A DNA stretch of 64,000 nt from Patescibacteria group bacterium (GTDB lineage Bacteria > Patescibacteriota > Minisyncoccia > Phycocordibacterales > Phycocordibacteraceae), in NCBI GenBank assembly GCA_040390125.1, contig JAZJYZ010000001.1, positions 307,026 through 371,025 on the forward strand, in the 5' to 3' direction. A program made the position numbers and the translations under genes. Of the stretch, positions 48,315 through 58,207 are shown one piece after another. The notes beneath the pieces were generated by a model, which searched no databases, was not told the DNA's origin, and saw only the letters and a list, made by a program, of their open reading frames with translations. Each line of letters starts with the position of its first letter. The stretch's first letter is position 1.

Positions 48315-48938
48315 ATGGTTATTCAACGTGCAGGCGGGTATTGTTTTAAAATTTCTTCAGGCGACACTACTATCGCTCTCAATCCTCCATCCTCGAAGAG
48401 CAAACATAAGGTTTCAAAATTTGGCTCAGACGTGGTCGTTATTTCCGTACCTCACCAAGATTGGAACGGAGCAGAGCAAGCAACGCACAATGGCAAAGAG
48501 CCTTTTGTTGTTTCAGGCCCTGGTGCATATGAGGTAGGAGACATAATTATTACCGGGTATGCAACACCTGGAACCTATGGTGATGTGATGTCGGATGTCG
48601 GCAATACTGTCTATATAATAGAGATGGATGGTATTCGTGTTCTTGCACTCGGTGCCCTTTCGGCCACAAAACTTCCTGCAGAAGTCAGAAGTGAGATTGA
48701 TAATATTGGCATTGTGCTTGTGCCGGTTGGTGGTGACACCCTTGATGCGAAAGCGGCACATGACTTGGTAAACACGATTGAACCGAAAGCGATTATTCCT
48801 TACGCTATTGAAAAGGATGATGCCTTGAAAGCATTCTTGAAAGCAGAAGGAGCTACGGATGTGAAGGCTACTGATAAATTTACCGTTCGTGCGAAAGAGC
48901 TTTCTGTTATGGATGGGGCAGTGGTGCTTCTCTCCTAA
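48315..48938 (+). CDS. MBL-fold (Lactamase_B_3-like) protein with degenerate metal motif
   Basis: SGPGAYEV, LVPVGG, IEPKAIIP. Confidence 0.75.
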   Translation: MVIQRAGGYCFKISSGDTTIALNPPSSKSKHKVSKFGSDVVVISVPHQDWNGAEQATHNGKEPFVVSGPGAYEVGDIIITGYATPGTYGDVMSDVGNTVYIIEMDGIRVLALGALSATKLPAEVRSEIDNIGIVLVPVGGDTLDAKAAHDLVNTIEPKAIIPYAIEKDDALKAFLKAEGATDVKATDKFTVRAKELSVMDGAVVLLS

Positions 48939-48970
48939 GTTTGCCGAGTAAGGCATCAAAAACTCAGAGT

Positions 48971-49198
48971 ATGTTTAAGACTCTTGCAAAATTACGTCGT
49001 GCTCCAAACGAAGTACGTCAGAATTTTACTGCGTTCATTACGGTTATTATTGTTGCCTGCATTACTCTTATATGGTTTTTCTTTTTCATCACGTCACTTT
49101 TTTCTACTGATTTTTCTAAAGGGCTCGTTCCAGCAGTTGTAGATACTCCAGCCCCCGAGACTCCAGCCCCCGCACTTGAAGCACCATTTGCAAATTAG
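48971..49198 (+). CDS. Small single-TM hypothetical protein
   Basis: ORF track; TM segment and Pro-rich tail. Confidence 0.55.
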   Translation: MFKTLAKLRRAPNEVRQNFTAFITVIIVACITLIWFFFFITSLFSTDFSKGLVPAVVDTPAPETPAPALEAPFAN

Positions 49199-49357
49199 CT
49201 GTTAGGTTTTAGGTGTGAGGTTTGCTGTTAAAAGCTGACAGCTGACAGCTGGAATCCCCCAAGGGGACTGCGATTTTCTAATTGCTACGCAATAACAAAA
49301 TCGGGAGCCTGACAGCTGGAACCCAGAGTCTTTGAATGTTATTATAGAAGCTAAATC

Positions 49358-51826
49358 ATGGCTCGAAAGAAAGTGCAAACAGCACCTGAAGATAGCGCTC
49401 CGAAGGCCGACATGGGCCTTCGTGTCATTTCACATTCAATCGTTACTGAAATGCGTGAGTCGTACCTCGACTACGCAATGTCTGTTATTACCTCTCGTGC
49501 CTTGCCTGATGTGCGTGATGGTTTGAAGCCCGTGCATCGTCGCATTCTCTACACCATGCATCGCATGGGACTTACCGCTACATCAAAACCTCGAAAGTCT
49601 GCGGCGGTGGTTGGAGATGTCTTGGGTAAATACCATCCGCATGGCGACAGTGCTGTGTATGAAGCAATGGTAAAGATGGCGCAGAACTTCACCATGCGCT
49701 ACCCGCTTATTATCGGACAAGGAAACTTCGGTTCTATCGATGGCGACTCTGCAGCTGCTATGCGTTACACCGAAGCGAAGATGTCAAAACTTTCTGCTGA
49801 TCTTCTTTCTGACCTCGATAAAGACACCGTTGAATGGCGTCCAAACTACGATGGTACCCAAAAGGAACCTAACGTTCTTCCCGCAGGAGTTCCCAATATT
49901 CTTTTGAATGGAACCTTGGGTATTGCGGTGGGTATGGCAACGAATGTGCCTCCCCACAACCTTGGCGAAGTGGTAGATGCCACCGTGCATCTTATTGATA
50001 ATCCTGATGCATCGGTTGATGAGCTTTTGCAATTTGTTCAAGGGCCTGATTTCCCGATCGGAGGCATTGCATTTAACTCGAAAGATATTGCACACGCATA
50101 CGCAACAGGTCGTGGGCCTGTGGTTGTGCGAGGTAACGCAGAAATTACTGAAGACAAGAAAGGTAACAACATCATTCTTATTACGTCTATTCCGTATCGT
50201 GTAAACAAAGCCGACCTCATCATAAACATCGCAGACTTGGTGCGTGATAAAAAACTCGAAGGGGTGCGAGACCTCCGTGATGAATCAACCACCGACATTC
50301 GTGTTGTCGTGGAGTTGAAAAATAACGCCCAGCCGCAGCAGGTGTTGAATTATCTCTACAAACACACCCAGCTTGAGGATGCTTTTCACTACAACATGGT
50401 GCTTTTGGTGGATGGCGTTCCTGAAACACTTTCACTCTCGGCGGTTCTTTCACACTTCATCGAGCACAGAAAGGTTGTTGTAAAACGACGCACGGAGTTT
50501 GATTTGAGACGTGCCCAAGAGCGAGAGCATATTTTGCTCGGACTTAAAAAAGCACTTGATCATATCGATGAAATCATCAAAGTAATTAAGGCTGCAAAAG
50601 ATGTGCAGGGTGCACATGCTGACCTTCAAAAGAAGTTCAAATTCTCTGAGCGCCAAGCTACAGCAATTCTTGAAATGCGTCTGCAAAAACTTGCGGGCTT
50701 GGAGCGGAAGAAAATTGAGGATGAATTAAAGGAGATACAGGCACTCATCAAGGAGTTAGAAGAGATACTTTCTTCAACAAAGAAGATAATGAAGGTCGTT
50801 AAGACCGAACTTTTGGCACTTCGTGAAAAGTATGCGGATGAGAGACGCACCAAAATTGTGAAGGGTGGCATTAAAAATATGTCAGATGAAGATTTGATTC
50901 CTGACGAAGCAGCGATGCTCACTCTTACTTCTACTGGTTACGTAAAGCGCACATCCCCAAGCGAATATAAGAAGCAAAATCGAGGCGGTGTGGGCGTGAT
51001 TGATTTGAATACAAAAGAAGAAGACTTCGTTACTCGGTTCTTAGAGGGCTCGACACATGATTCAGTGCTCTTTTTCTCAGACAGGGGAAAGGTGTACCGA
51101 ACACGCATGTATGAAGTGCCTGAAGGTAGGCGTGCCACCAAGGGTAAATCAATAATGAATGTGCTCCCGCTATCTGCTGAAGAGCGTATTACGTCTATCG
51201 TTGCGTTGACTAAAAAATCCGCAACTTCTTCTTTCATGTTGGTGACCGAAAAAGGTGCAGCAAAGAAAGTGAAGGCGGATCAGTTTGAAGATGTACGTCG
51301 TTCAGGAATTATTGCGATGTCGCTCCAGACGGGGGACAGTTTGATTGCGGTGTTGCCCGTAGAGAAAGGAGATAGCGTTATTTTGGTAACCGCAGGAGGG
51401 CAGGCAATTCGGTTTAAAGAGTCTGACATTCGTGAGATGGGACGAACGGCTGGGGGAGTGCGGGGAATGAAGTTTGGTACCAAAGACAAAATAATCGCTG
51501 CCGATGTGATTAAGAGCGAGAAGGAGAGTGAAATACTCGTTCTTGCTGATATGGGCTATGGCAAGCGTACACCTGCGAAGGAATACAAAATACAAAAGCG
51601 TGGTGGCTCGGGTATTAAGACAGGAAAAGTAACACCAAAAACTGGCAGTATCATCGCCGCTCGTGTAGTTACTCCAGAGATGGCAGAAATAATTGTTGCC
51701 TCAAAAAATGGACAAGTGATTCGAACTGAACTTTCACAAGTGCCGACGCTTTCACGCGCAACACAAGGAGTTCGTATCATGAAGCTTCGTGAGGGAGATA
51801 AAATTGCGGCGTTCACTGCGTTTTAG
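49358..51826 (+). CDS. gyrA: DNA gyrase subunit A
   Basis: YHPHGD, AAMRYTE, GyrA box QNRGGVG. Confidence 0.98.
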   Translation: MARKKVQTAPEDSAPKADMGLRVISHSIVTEMRESYLDYAMSVITSRALPDVRDGLKPVHRRILYTMHRMGLTATSKPRKSAAVVGDVLGKYHPHGDSAVYEAMVKMAQNFTMRYPLIIGQGNFGSIDGDSAAAMRYTEAKMSKLSADLLSDLDKDTVEWRPNYDGTQKEPNVLPAGVPNILLNGTLGIAVGMATNVPPHNLGEVVDATVHLIDNPDASVDELLQFVQGPDFPIGGIAFNSKDIAHAYATGRGPVVVRGNAEITEDKKGNNIILITSIPYRVNKADLIINIADLVRDKKLEGVRDLRDESTTDIRVVVELKNNAQPQQVLNYLYKHTQLEDAFHYNMVLLVDGVPETLSLSAVLSHFIEHRKVVVKRRTEFDLRRAQEREHILLGLKKALDHIDEIIKVIKAAKDVQGAHADLQKKFKFSERQATAILEMRLQKLAGLERKKIEDELKEIQALIKELEEILSSTKKIMKVVKTELLALREKYADERRTKIVKGGIKNMSDEDLIPDEAAMLTLTSTGYVKRTSPSEYKKQNRGGVGVIDLNTKEEDFVTRFLEGSTHDSVLFFSDRGKVYRTRMYEVPEGRRATKGKSIMNVLPLSAEERITSIVALTKKSATSSFMLVTEKGAAKKVKADQFEDVRRSGIIAMSLQTGDSLIAVLPVEKGDSVILVTAGGQAIRFKESDIREMGRTAGGVRGMKFGTKDKIIAADVIKSEKESEILVLADMGYGKRTPAKEYKIQKRGGSGIKTGKVTPKTGSIIAARVVTPEMAEIIVASKNGQVIRTELSQVPTLSRATQGVRIMKLREGDKIAAFTAF

Positions 51827-52008
51827 CTTCCAGCTGTCAGGTTCCAGCTTTCAGCTGCCAGCTTCTGAATTCCGAGTTTCAGAAAAGCTGAAAGCTGAAA
51901 GCTGAAAGCCGACAGCTGGCAGCTGAAAGCTTTTAGAAATCAAAGCCAAAAGCCAGTTTTCTCCCCACCTACGCTTTCACTGTTAGGTAAAGCCTATATA
52001 ATGAAAAT

Positions 52009-52530
52009 GTGTTCTTAAATCCACGAGATATTCTTTCGCATCTTCCAATCACAGCACACTCAAAAGTGGGAGATTTTGGGGTGGGTGCAGGACACTATGC
52101 ATTTGCCTTGGCTGAAAAACTCGGGGCGGAAGGGAGCGTGTATGCATTTGATGTGTTTGGACCCGCCCTCGACACTATTCGCCGTGGAGGAGAGAAATAC
52201 CCTGCGGAGTTTCATACATTGCATTCTGATTTGAATGAACATATACCGCTTCGTGAAAATTTGTTGAATATAGCTGTTGTTGCAAACATACTTCATCAGA
52301 TTAATGAGCGTGAACGCTTTGTAGGAGAGGTGGCTCGGGTGCTACGCCCTGGGGGCACAGCGCTCGTCGTTGATTGGATGTCATCGTTCCGGAATATGGG
52401 GCCTGTGTCCGACTCGGTGCTGGCTCCCGGAGAAGCAGTACGATTGTTTAGACAGGCAGGTTTTGAAACTGGAGAGATGCTTCCTGCGGGAACACATCAT
52501 TTTGCATTTCTTGCCACTCTTGGCGACTAG
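52009..52530 (+). CDS. SAM-dependent methyltransferase
   Basis: DFGVGAG, VLRPGG, VVDW. Confidence 0.85.
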   Translation: MFLNPRDILSHLPITAHSKVGDFGVGAGHYAFALAEKLGAEGSVYAFDVFGPALDTIRRGGEKYPAEFHTLHSDLNEHIPLRENLLNIAVVANILHQINERERFVGEVARVLRPGGTALVVDWMSSFRNMGPVSDSVLAPGEAVRLFRQAGFETGEMLPAGTHHFAFLATLGD

Positions 52531-52587
52531 CCTCATGTTTGGAGAAAACTTGCAGGTTAGAGTGAATAGAGACGTTATACTATTCAG

Positions 52588-53880
52588 ATGAAACTCTTTC
52601 ATGTCATTGTGCTTGGTATTTTTCTTGCACTTGCCGTAGGTGCGGTAATTATTTTTGCTACATTTACTTCTCTTAATAAAAATAGTGTTGGCAGTGTTTC
52701 CATTTGGGGCTCTATACCACAAGCAACCTTCGACACATTGCTGGTGAGTATCAAAGAGGGGAATACTACATATGACGGCGTGTCGTATCGTTCAATTCCC
52801 GAGGGTGAGCTTATTCCCGCACTTGTTGAAGCGATCGCTGCGGGCCAGGGGCCTGACTTAGTAGTGTTCCCTGCGGAAAATCTTATATCTCAAAGTGACA
52901 AGCTCACCACTATCCCTTACAGCAATATCAGTCGTCGTGATTTTCAAAATACATTCATACAAGCAGGGGAGGTTTTTCTTGTTGAGAGCGGTTTAAAGGC
53001 GATCCCGTTTAGCGTTGATCCGCTCGTCATGTATTGGAACCGTACGTTGTTTGCAAATGCGGGTATTGCACAGCCACCAAGGTTTTGGGATGAGCTCTCC
53101 GACATGGCAACTCGCCTCACAAAAGCACAAGACAACGGTACGTTGACTCAAAATGCCGTTGCCTTGGGTACGTGGGACAACGTGGATCACGCAAAGGCCA
53201 TTTTTCTCACGCTTGCCTACCAGCTTGGAAACAGTGTTGTAGTAAGGAGTGGCCAAGGTTTGTATGTTTCAGTAATGAAAGACACTGCGGGCGGTAGTGG
53301 GGTACCTTCAGTTGATTCTGCACTTCGCTTCTACACAGATTTTGCGGACCCGGTAAAACCGATTTATTCATGGAATCGCTCACAGCCTGAATCACGTAGT
53401 GCGTTTTTGGGAGAGAAGCTAGGTGTATATTTTGGTTCCGCAAGCGAACTTGTAGGGATACGTGAAGCAAATCCGAATTTGAATTTTGATGTAGCACCTG
53501 TGCCGACTATTCGTGGAAATAATGGAGGAGTAGCGGCCGAACTTACCGGGCTTGCAATTCCTCGGGGAAGCAGGAATCCCGGAGGAGCACTGTTAATAGC
53601 AGAACTACTTACGAGCCCCGATTTGCAGGCATCTCTGCTCTCACTCATGTCTTTGCCATCGGTGCGACGTGATTCCGTTGGCACGTCTCCAAATGATCCT
53701 TACGGCACGATGTTTGAGAACGCAGCACTTCTTTCGTTTGCATTTCTTGATCCTGACCCAACAGCCACTGATTCAATTTTTAAACGTATGGTGGAGGGTG
53801 TTTCTTCGGGTAAACTGCAGGTGAGCGAGGCTACGGGTGGGGCTAACGATGAATTACAAGCACTTTTAGGGACACCTTAG
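52588..53880 (+). CDS. Extracellular solute-binding protein (family 1), membrane-anchored
   Basis: AAGQGPD, VDPLVMYWNRTLF, NPNLNFDVAPVP. Confidence 0.85.
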   Translation: MKLFHVIVLGIFLALAVGAVIIFATFTSLNKNSVGSVSIWGSIPQATFDTLLVSIKEGNTTYDGVSYRSIPEGELIPALVEAIAAGQGPDLVVFPAENLISQSDKLTTIPYSNISRRDFQNTFIQAGEVFLVESGLKAIPFSVDPLVMYWNRTLFANAGIAQPPRFWDELSDMATRLTKAQDNGTLTQNAVALGTWDNVDHAKAIFLTLAYQLGNSVVVRSGQGLYVSVMKDTAGGSGVPSVDSALRFYTDFADPVKPIYSWNRSQPESRSAFLGEKLGVYFGSASELVGIREANPNLNFDVAPVPTIRGNNGGVAAELTGLAIPRGSRNPGGALLIAELLTSPDLQASLLSLMSLPSVRRDSVGTSPNDPYGTMFENAALLSFAFLDPDPTATDSIFKRMVEGVSSGKLQVSEATGGANDELQALLGTP

Positions 53881-53981
53881 TAGGGTACAATGGGAAACAG
53901 CCAGCTTTCAGGTTACAGCTTTTAGGCGACGTTTCGTCGGATCCGCAGGGATCATAGGAAAATACAAAGAAAATAAAAATC

Positions 53982-54347
53982 ATGAAAAAAACATTTGCTC
54001 GAGTCATCCCGCTTGCATTGCCATTTTTTCTTCCGCTAGCGGTTTTTGCTGCAGGTTGTGAAGGAGGGACGGCAGGGGGTCTCTGTAATCCTCTTGGATA
54101 TGACTCGTTGTGGACTTTTTTGGAAAGGATACTTAAGTTGATAGTCGAAATAGGCTTTCCCGTCATTGTGCTGTACATCGTATTCATAGGTTTCAAATTC
54201 ATCACCGCTTCAGGAAAGCCCGAGGAACTTGCAAAAGTCAGGAGCCTCTTTTTCTGGGCGATTATTGGTGCTCTAGTAGTACTTGGTGCTCAAGCCCTTG
54301 CTTTGGCAATCCAGGCTACAGTTAATGATATTCAACAAGGAATCTAA
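53982..54347 (+). CDS. TrbC/VirB2-like pilin
   Basis: Signal peptide VFA, CNPLG, 2 TM, GFKFITASGKPEEL...WAIIG. Confidence 0.75.
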   Translation: MKKTFARVIPLALPFFLPLAVFAAGCEGGTAGGLCNPLGYDSLWTFLERILKLIVEIGFPVIVLYIVFIGFKFITASGKPEELAKVRSLFFWAIIGALVVLGAQALALAIQATVNDIQQGI

Positions 54348-54365
54348 TTTCCTCGGTATGCAGGT

Positions 54366-54815
54366 ATGACACTCACTTCAATTATCAATACGATGACCGA
54401 GGTTGTGTTGTTAGCAGTTCCGTGGGGGTTTTTATTCTTGCTGTTCTATTGGAATATTTACAAGCTTATTACCGAGTCAGACAATGCAGAAAAACGAAAG
54501 CAGGCCGTTCCTCGTCTTGTGTGGAGCATCGTTGCACTTGCGGTAGTCTTTTCTATAGGAGGAATTGTTAATATTCTCAGCAATACGCTTCTTGGTTCAA
54601 ACAATTCAACGTTTGCACCCACAGATTCCACTCCCGTCACTCCTTTCACTCCTCGCACCTCGCCCGAAGATGGACCGAAAACTGAAACTCCAGCAACTCC
54701 TTCTGGTTCTTCTGTGAGCCCTGGCACTTCGCCTTTCAACCCGGATATCAACGACCCTGGTTTTGAAAGAGTTCCTCCAACATCAAGTGACCCTAATCCA
54801 ATACAGAATATTTAA
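54366..54815 (+). CDS. Pilin-like protein with Pro/Thr/Ser-rich tail
   Basis: 2 TM, EKRKQA...LVWSIV. Confidence 0.6.
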   Translation: MTLTSIINTMTEVVLLAVPWGFLFLLFYWNIYKLITESDNAEKRKQAVPRLVWSIVALAVVFSIGGIVNILSNTLLGSNNSTFAPTDSTPVTPFTPRTSPEDGPKTETPATPSGSSVSPGTSPFNPDINDPGFERVPPTSSDPNPIQNI

Positions 54816-54831
54816 AAAATTATTTGAATAT

Positions 54832-55185
54832 ATGAAAAAAATAATACGTATAAGTTTTATGAGCGCAGTCACATTAATGCCACTTTCGGCATTTGCAGCT
54901 GCTACCACCATCCAGGATGTCTTGCGCAATCTTGCAGACCCTATCCGCATGGCAACGATTACCGTTGTCTCGCTCGCACTCCTCGCATTCTTTTGGGGTT
55001 TGGCGATGTATGTTTTTGGCTCTTCAAACGATGAGAAGCGAAAAAAAGGCATCCCCATAATGATTTGGGGTATTGTGGCAATTTTTGTCATGCTTTCCAT
55101 AGCTGGCATTGTAAATATGCTCCAAGCAACTTTTGAAGTGGGTCCGGGCAATCTCCAAATCCCAACCATACGCAAAGCACAGTAG
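54832..55185 (+). CDS. TrbC/VirB2-like pilin
   Basis: Signal peptide AFA, FFWGL...DEKRKKG..MIWGI. Confidence 0.75.
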   Translation: MKKIIRISFMSAVTLMPLSAFAAATTIQDVLRNLADPIRMATITVVSLALLAFFWGLAMYVFGSSNDEKRKKGIPIMIWGIVAIFVMLSIAGIVNMLQATFEVGPGNLQIPTIRKAQ

Positions 55186-55303
55186 TCTGGCTTAATCCAC
55201 ACACGCTTCGTATAGTGCCCCTTGAAACAAGGGAAATGGTACAATGAGCGGGCAATTATTATTCAACCTATTTATCCCTTAGCTTTAAAAGGCTTTTAAT
55301 TAT

Positions 55304-55672
55304 ATGAAAGGATTTTTAAAAACAAGTATTGCGACTGTAGTAGCGTTCGCTCCTCTTGCGGTGTTTGCTGCTGATGCTCAAAATGCCCTGTCAAAGATTG
55401 GTGCCCTCATAACACAAGCAACGCCAATCGTTGTAGCGCTCGCACTGCTCGCATTCTTCTGGGGCTTGGTTACTTACATCTTTGGCTCTTCAAATGATGA
55501 TAAGCGAAAGAAGGGTATTCACATTATGATTTGGGGTATCATCGCTCTTTTCGTGATGCTTTCAGTGTTCGGTATCATTAGAGCTCTTCAAAGCACTTTG
55601 GAACTCGATACGAGCGGAAGTATTAATATTCCTAAGGTTAATACTTCCGGAGGCGGTAGTGTCTCACAGTAA
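55304..55672 (+). CDS. TrbC/VirB2-like pilin
   Basis: Close paralog of 54832..55185. Confidence 0.75.
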   Translation: MKGFLKTSIATVVAFAPLAVFAADAQNALSKIGALITQATPIVVALALLAFFWGLVTYIFGSSNDDKRKKGIHIMIWGIIALFVMLSVFGIIRALQSTLELDTSGSINIPKVNTSGGGSVSQ

Positions 55673-55775
55673 AAGTTCTTAGATTGTTCTGTAGTGACAA
55701 AACATCAGCGACAAAACTAACGTCGCTGATGTTTTGTCCGACTTTTCTCTCAAGGTATTGAAAGTAGAATAAGTT

Positions 55776-56033
55776 ATGGATGTTCTTTCTAACTTCATAG
55801 GTAAGATTGTCGAGCTCATACTCACGCCCATAATGGCGCTCCTTTTTGCCTTGGCGATGTTTTACTTCATCAACGGCTTGATTACATTCATCGCACAGGC
55901 AGACAATGCGGCAGAGAGAGCAAAAGGGACGAGGCACCTTTTCTGGGGGCTCATTGGTTTCTTTATAATGGTGTGTGTGATTGGAATTCTTACCGCTGTA
56001 ACTGGAACCTTCGGGGTGAGTTTACCGAAATGA
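55776..56033 (+). CDS. Pilin-like protein without signal peptide
   Basis: 2 TM, ERAKG..HLFWGLIG. Confidence 0.7.
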   Translation: MDVLSNFIGKIVELILTPIMALLFALAMFYFINGLITFIAQADNAAERAKGTRHLFWGLIGFFIMVCVIGILTAVTGTFGVSLPK

Positions 56034-56045
56034 GTTAACGAGAGA

Positions 56046-56076
56046 AACAAAAACCCCGATTGATCGGGGTTTTTGT
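56046..56076. terminator. Intrinsic terminator
   Basis: acaaaaaccccgat/atcggggtttttgt inverted repeat. Confidence 0.8.
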
Positions 56077-56313
56077 ATTTGAAGTGTCTGCACTGAGTGA
56101 GTCATCGAATCGAAGTCTGGGCGAAGAAGGACTTGGTCACGAGTTACTAAGCATTTTGCTCCGTGTTTACTCCAAGTGAGTCTTTGGATTAAGTGCCCTT
56201 CGACTACTCTCACCCTTCGATTAAACTCAGGGTTTCGCTTCGCTCAGGGTACTTCGTCTCTCTTGCTCACATTTGCCCAGTGTTTACACTGAGCGAGCTT
56301 GCGAGTCGAAGTG

Positions 56314-56395
56314 TGGGCGGAAGAGGACTTGAACCTCCACCCCTTGCGGGACTAGCTCCTAAGGCTAGCGCGTCTGCCAATTTCGCCATCCGCCC
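56314..56395 (-). tRNA. tRNA-Leu(TAG)
   Basis: gggcgga/tccgccc, ctagc-CT-TAG-GA-gctag, variable arm. Confidence 0.95.
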
Positions 56396-56553
56396 AATCC
56401 TCGAACAGTATCATTAGACGCAGTTCTATTCAAAGATTTACGCTTTTAAAATGTTCTTATTTCTGTTAGAGTTTCCGAATCCGCCCGTAAGCATAGCTTT
56501 CGGGCGCTTCATTCGAAGATAATGAAAATTAATTTTCATTATCCTTCTCATTC

Positions 56554-56626
56554 GCGCCCGTAGCTCAGTTGGTAGAGCGACTCCCTCTTAAGGAGACGGT
56601 CGTAGGTTCGAGCCCTACCGGGCGCA
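56554..56626 (+). tRNA. tRNA-Lys(CTT)
   Basis: GCGCCCG/CGGGCGC, ctcc-CT-CTT-AA-ggag. Confidence 0.95.
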
Positions 56627-56814
56627 CAATATAAAAACAGCACACAGGTGCTGTTTTTATATTGTGCGCCCGAGCAAGCGAATAGTTTCGCTTGCGTGTG
56701 GGACTCGAAAAGTGGAGTGTTACTTTCTGTTTCAGAAAGTCACGAGCTGGGGTCGAGGAAATTTACGAACGTAGGTGAGAAAATTATCCGTGACCGAGCC
56801 CTACCGGGCGCACA
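56627..56814 (+). repeat. tRNA-3'-associated element
   Basis: Split antisense copy at 56664-56672 and 56698-56709; CGTGACC then exact GAGCCCTACCGGGCGCACA at 56796-56814. Confidence 0.85.
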
Positions 56815-56817
56815 TAT

Positions 56818-57375
56818 TTAAAACTCATACACATAGAGTTTATGTGGGTGTTTGCCAGTTCCCACAATTACCATCTCTATAGGTTCTTTTGTTTTGAAAG
56901 GGAAGTCGCACGAAACAACACGAGTTCCTTTTTTCAATTCCGCTTCGAACTTTGGTAACAGCTTCTGTACGACGTCAGGAAAGAGATACATGTAGATATG
57001 TGTCGCATTGTGGAGTGGCACACGTGAGAAATTTCTAAATAGAGTTTTTACGTTTTTGAGAGGTTTAAACCAGAAACGAATTTGGGTGAAGGTGTAGGGT
57101 AGTGGTGCTTTCTCAACGCCTGTCGCAAAAGCATCTGGGTACGCTGTGCCCATTGTTGCAATGACACGCCCATCTCCAGAGCCAAGATCATAGAATTGAT
57201 CGCCCGCTTTCATGGGGAGTAACCGTTTTACCTCATCAACTACATACTGAGGTATTGGTACGTACGGGACTCTCGTTGTTACGATTCCGTAGCTCATGAA
57301 GACTAAGAAGATGAAACAAATGAACCATATAAGAGTGAGCACTGCGTAGAGTGTCAGAATGAGAAACATAGTCAT
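56818..57375 (-). CDS. Membrane-anchored SAM-dependent methyltransferase
   Basis: VPYVP, DLGSGDGR, YMYLFP, VVSCDF. Confidence 0.85.
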   Translation of the reverse strand: MTMFLILTLYAVLTLIWFICFIFLVFMSYGIVTTRVPYVPIPQYVVDEVKRLLPMKAGDQFYDLGSGDGRVIATMGTAYPDAFATGVEKAPLPYTFTQIRFWFKPLKNVKTLFRNFSRVPLHNATHIYMYLFPDVVQKLLPKFEAELKKGTRVVSCDFPFKTKEPIEMVIVGTGKHPHKLYVYEF

Positions 57376-57409
57376 ATATGCGAGGTAGTATAGCTTATCT
57401 TTTTCTTAG

Positions 57410-57491
57410 TGCCCGGGGTGAGACTCGAACTCACACTCCTTACGGAACTCGATCTTAAGTCGAGCGCGGCTACCGATTACGCCACCCGGGC
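57410..57491 (-). tRNA. tRNA-Leu(TAA)
   Basis: gcccggg/cccgggc, ctcga-CT-TAA-GA-tcgag. Confidence 0.95.
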
Positions 57492-57959
57492 AGGTTTCTT
57501 ATTTTTACCACGATGAGTTGGTTTCAAGCTATGGCAGTTGGGGCAAAGCACTCTGAGGTTACTAAGTCTATTGTCCCTACTGTCTCCATTGATATGGTCC
57601 AACTCAAGAGGAATTCTACCGTCATCAGAGGTTTTTGCCCATCCGCATTCTTCACAACACTTTTCTTTTAAATTTGCTTTATAGAGTCTTCTTTTAAGTT
57701 TAAAGCTTTGAAAATCGACATTTTTTCTTAGGAGTTCTTTAAGTGGTCGTTCGTTGGTATGTGGTCGCTTAATACCTTTTAACCACCCTTTCCCCGTGAA
57801 ATGTTGTGTAGATATTTTTAGGTCTCTAATTCGTTTCTGTATTTGGACGTAGTTGCCACCTGCTGGAATTAGACTTAGACATTTCAAAACAGCTCGAATG
57901 CTTCGCGATTCACGTACCGCTTGTTTTAATTGGGCGTCATTCCAAGATTTTCTTCGCAT
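57477..57959 (-). CDS. HNH endonuclease
   Basis: CEECG...LELDHINGD..DN..NLRVLCPNCHS. Confidence 0.92.
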   Translation of the reverse strand: MRRKSWNDAQLKQAVRESRSIRAVLKCLSLIPAGGNYVQIQKRIRDLKISTQHFTGKGWLKGIKRPHTNERPLKELLRKNVDFQSFKLKRRLYKANLKEKCCEECGWAKTSDDGRIPLELDHINGDSRDNRLSNLRVLCPNCHSLKPTHRGKNKKPARVA

Positions 57960-58043
57960 TATTGTATAAAAGTATCATATTAAGGTAGACGCTCCATTAC
58001 TTATAAACACAAAATCATCTATAAAACCAAAGAAAATTATAAC

Positions 58044-58119
58044 TGGAGGCCACGGCGGGAATCGAACCCGCGCAATATCGGTTTTGCAAACCGCTGCGTT
58101 TCCACTTCGCCACGTGGCC
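58044..58119 (-). tRNA. tRNA-Cys(GCA), CCA encoded
   Basis: ggccacg/cgtggcc-T-CCA, cggt-TT-GCA-AA-accg. Confidence 0.93.
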
Positions 58120-58207
58120 TATGTGACTACAATACTACACTGACAAGCGAGAAAGAAGGAATGTGTTTACACATTTCTTTTTCGAGTGCCGTCAGTGAAA
58201 GCTCTGC

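Noticed and set aside
51824-51955. CRISPR array suggested by repeated GCTGAAA units and other dispersed repeats
   Set aside because: The units are 7 bp with no unique spacers; the longer repeats are dispersed rather than arrayed; no cas genes.
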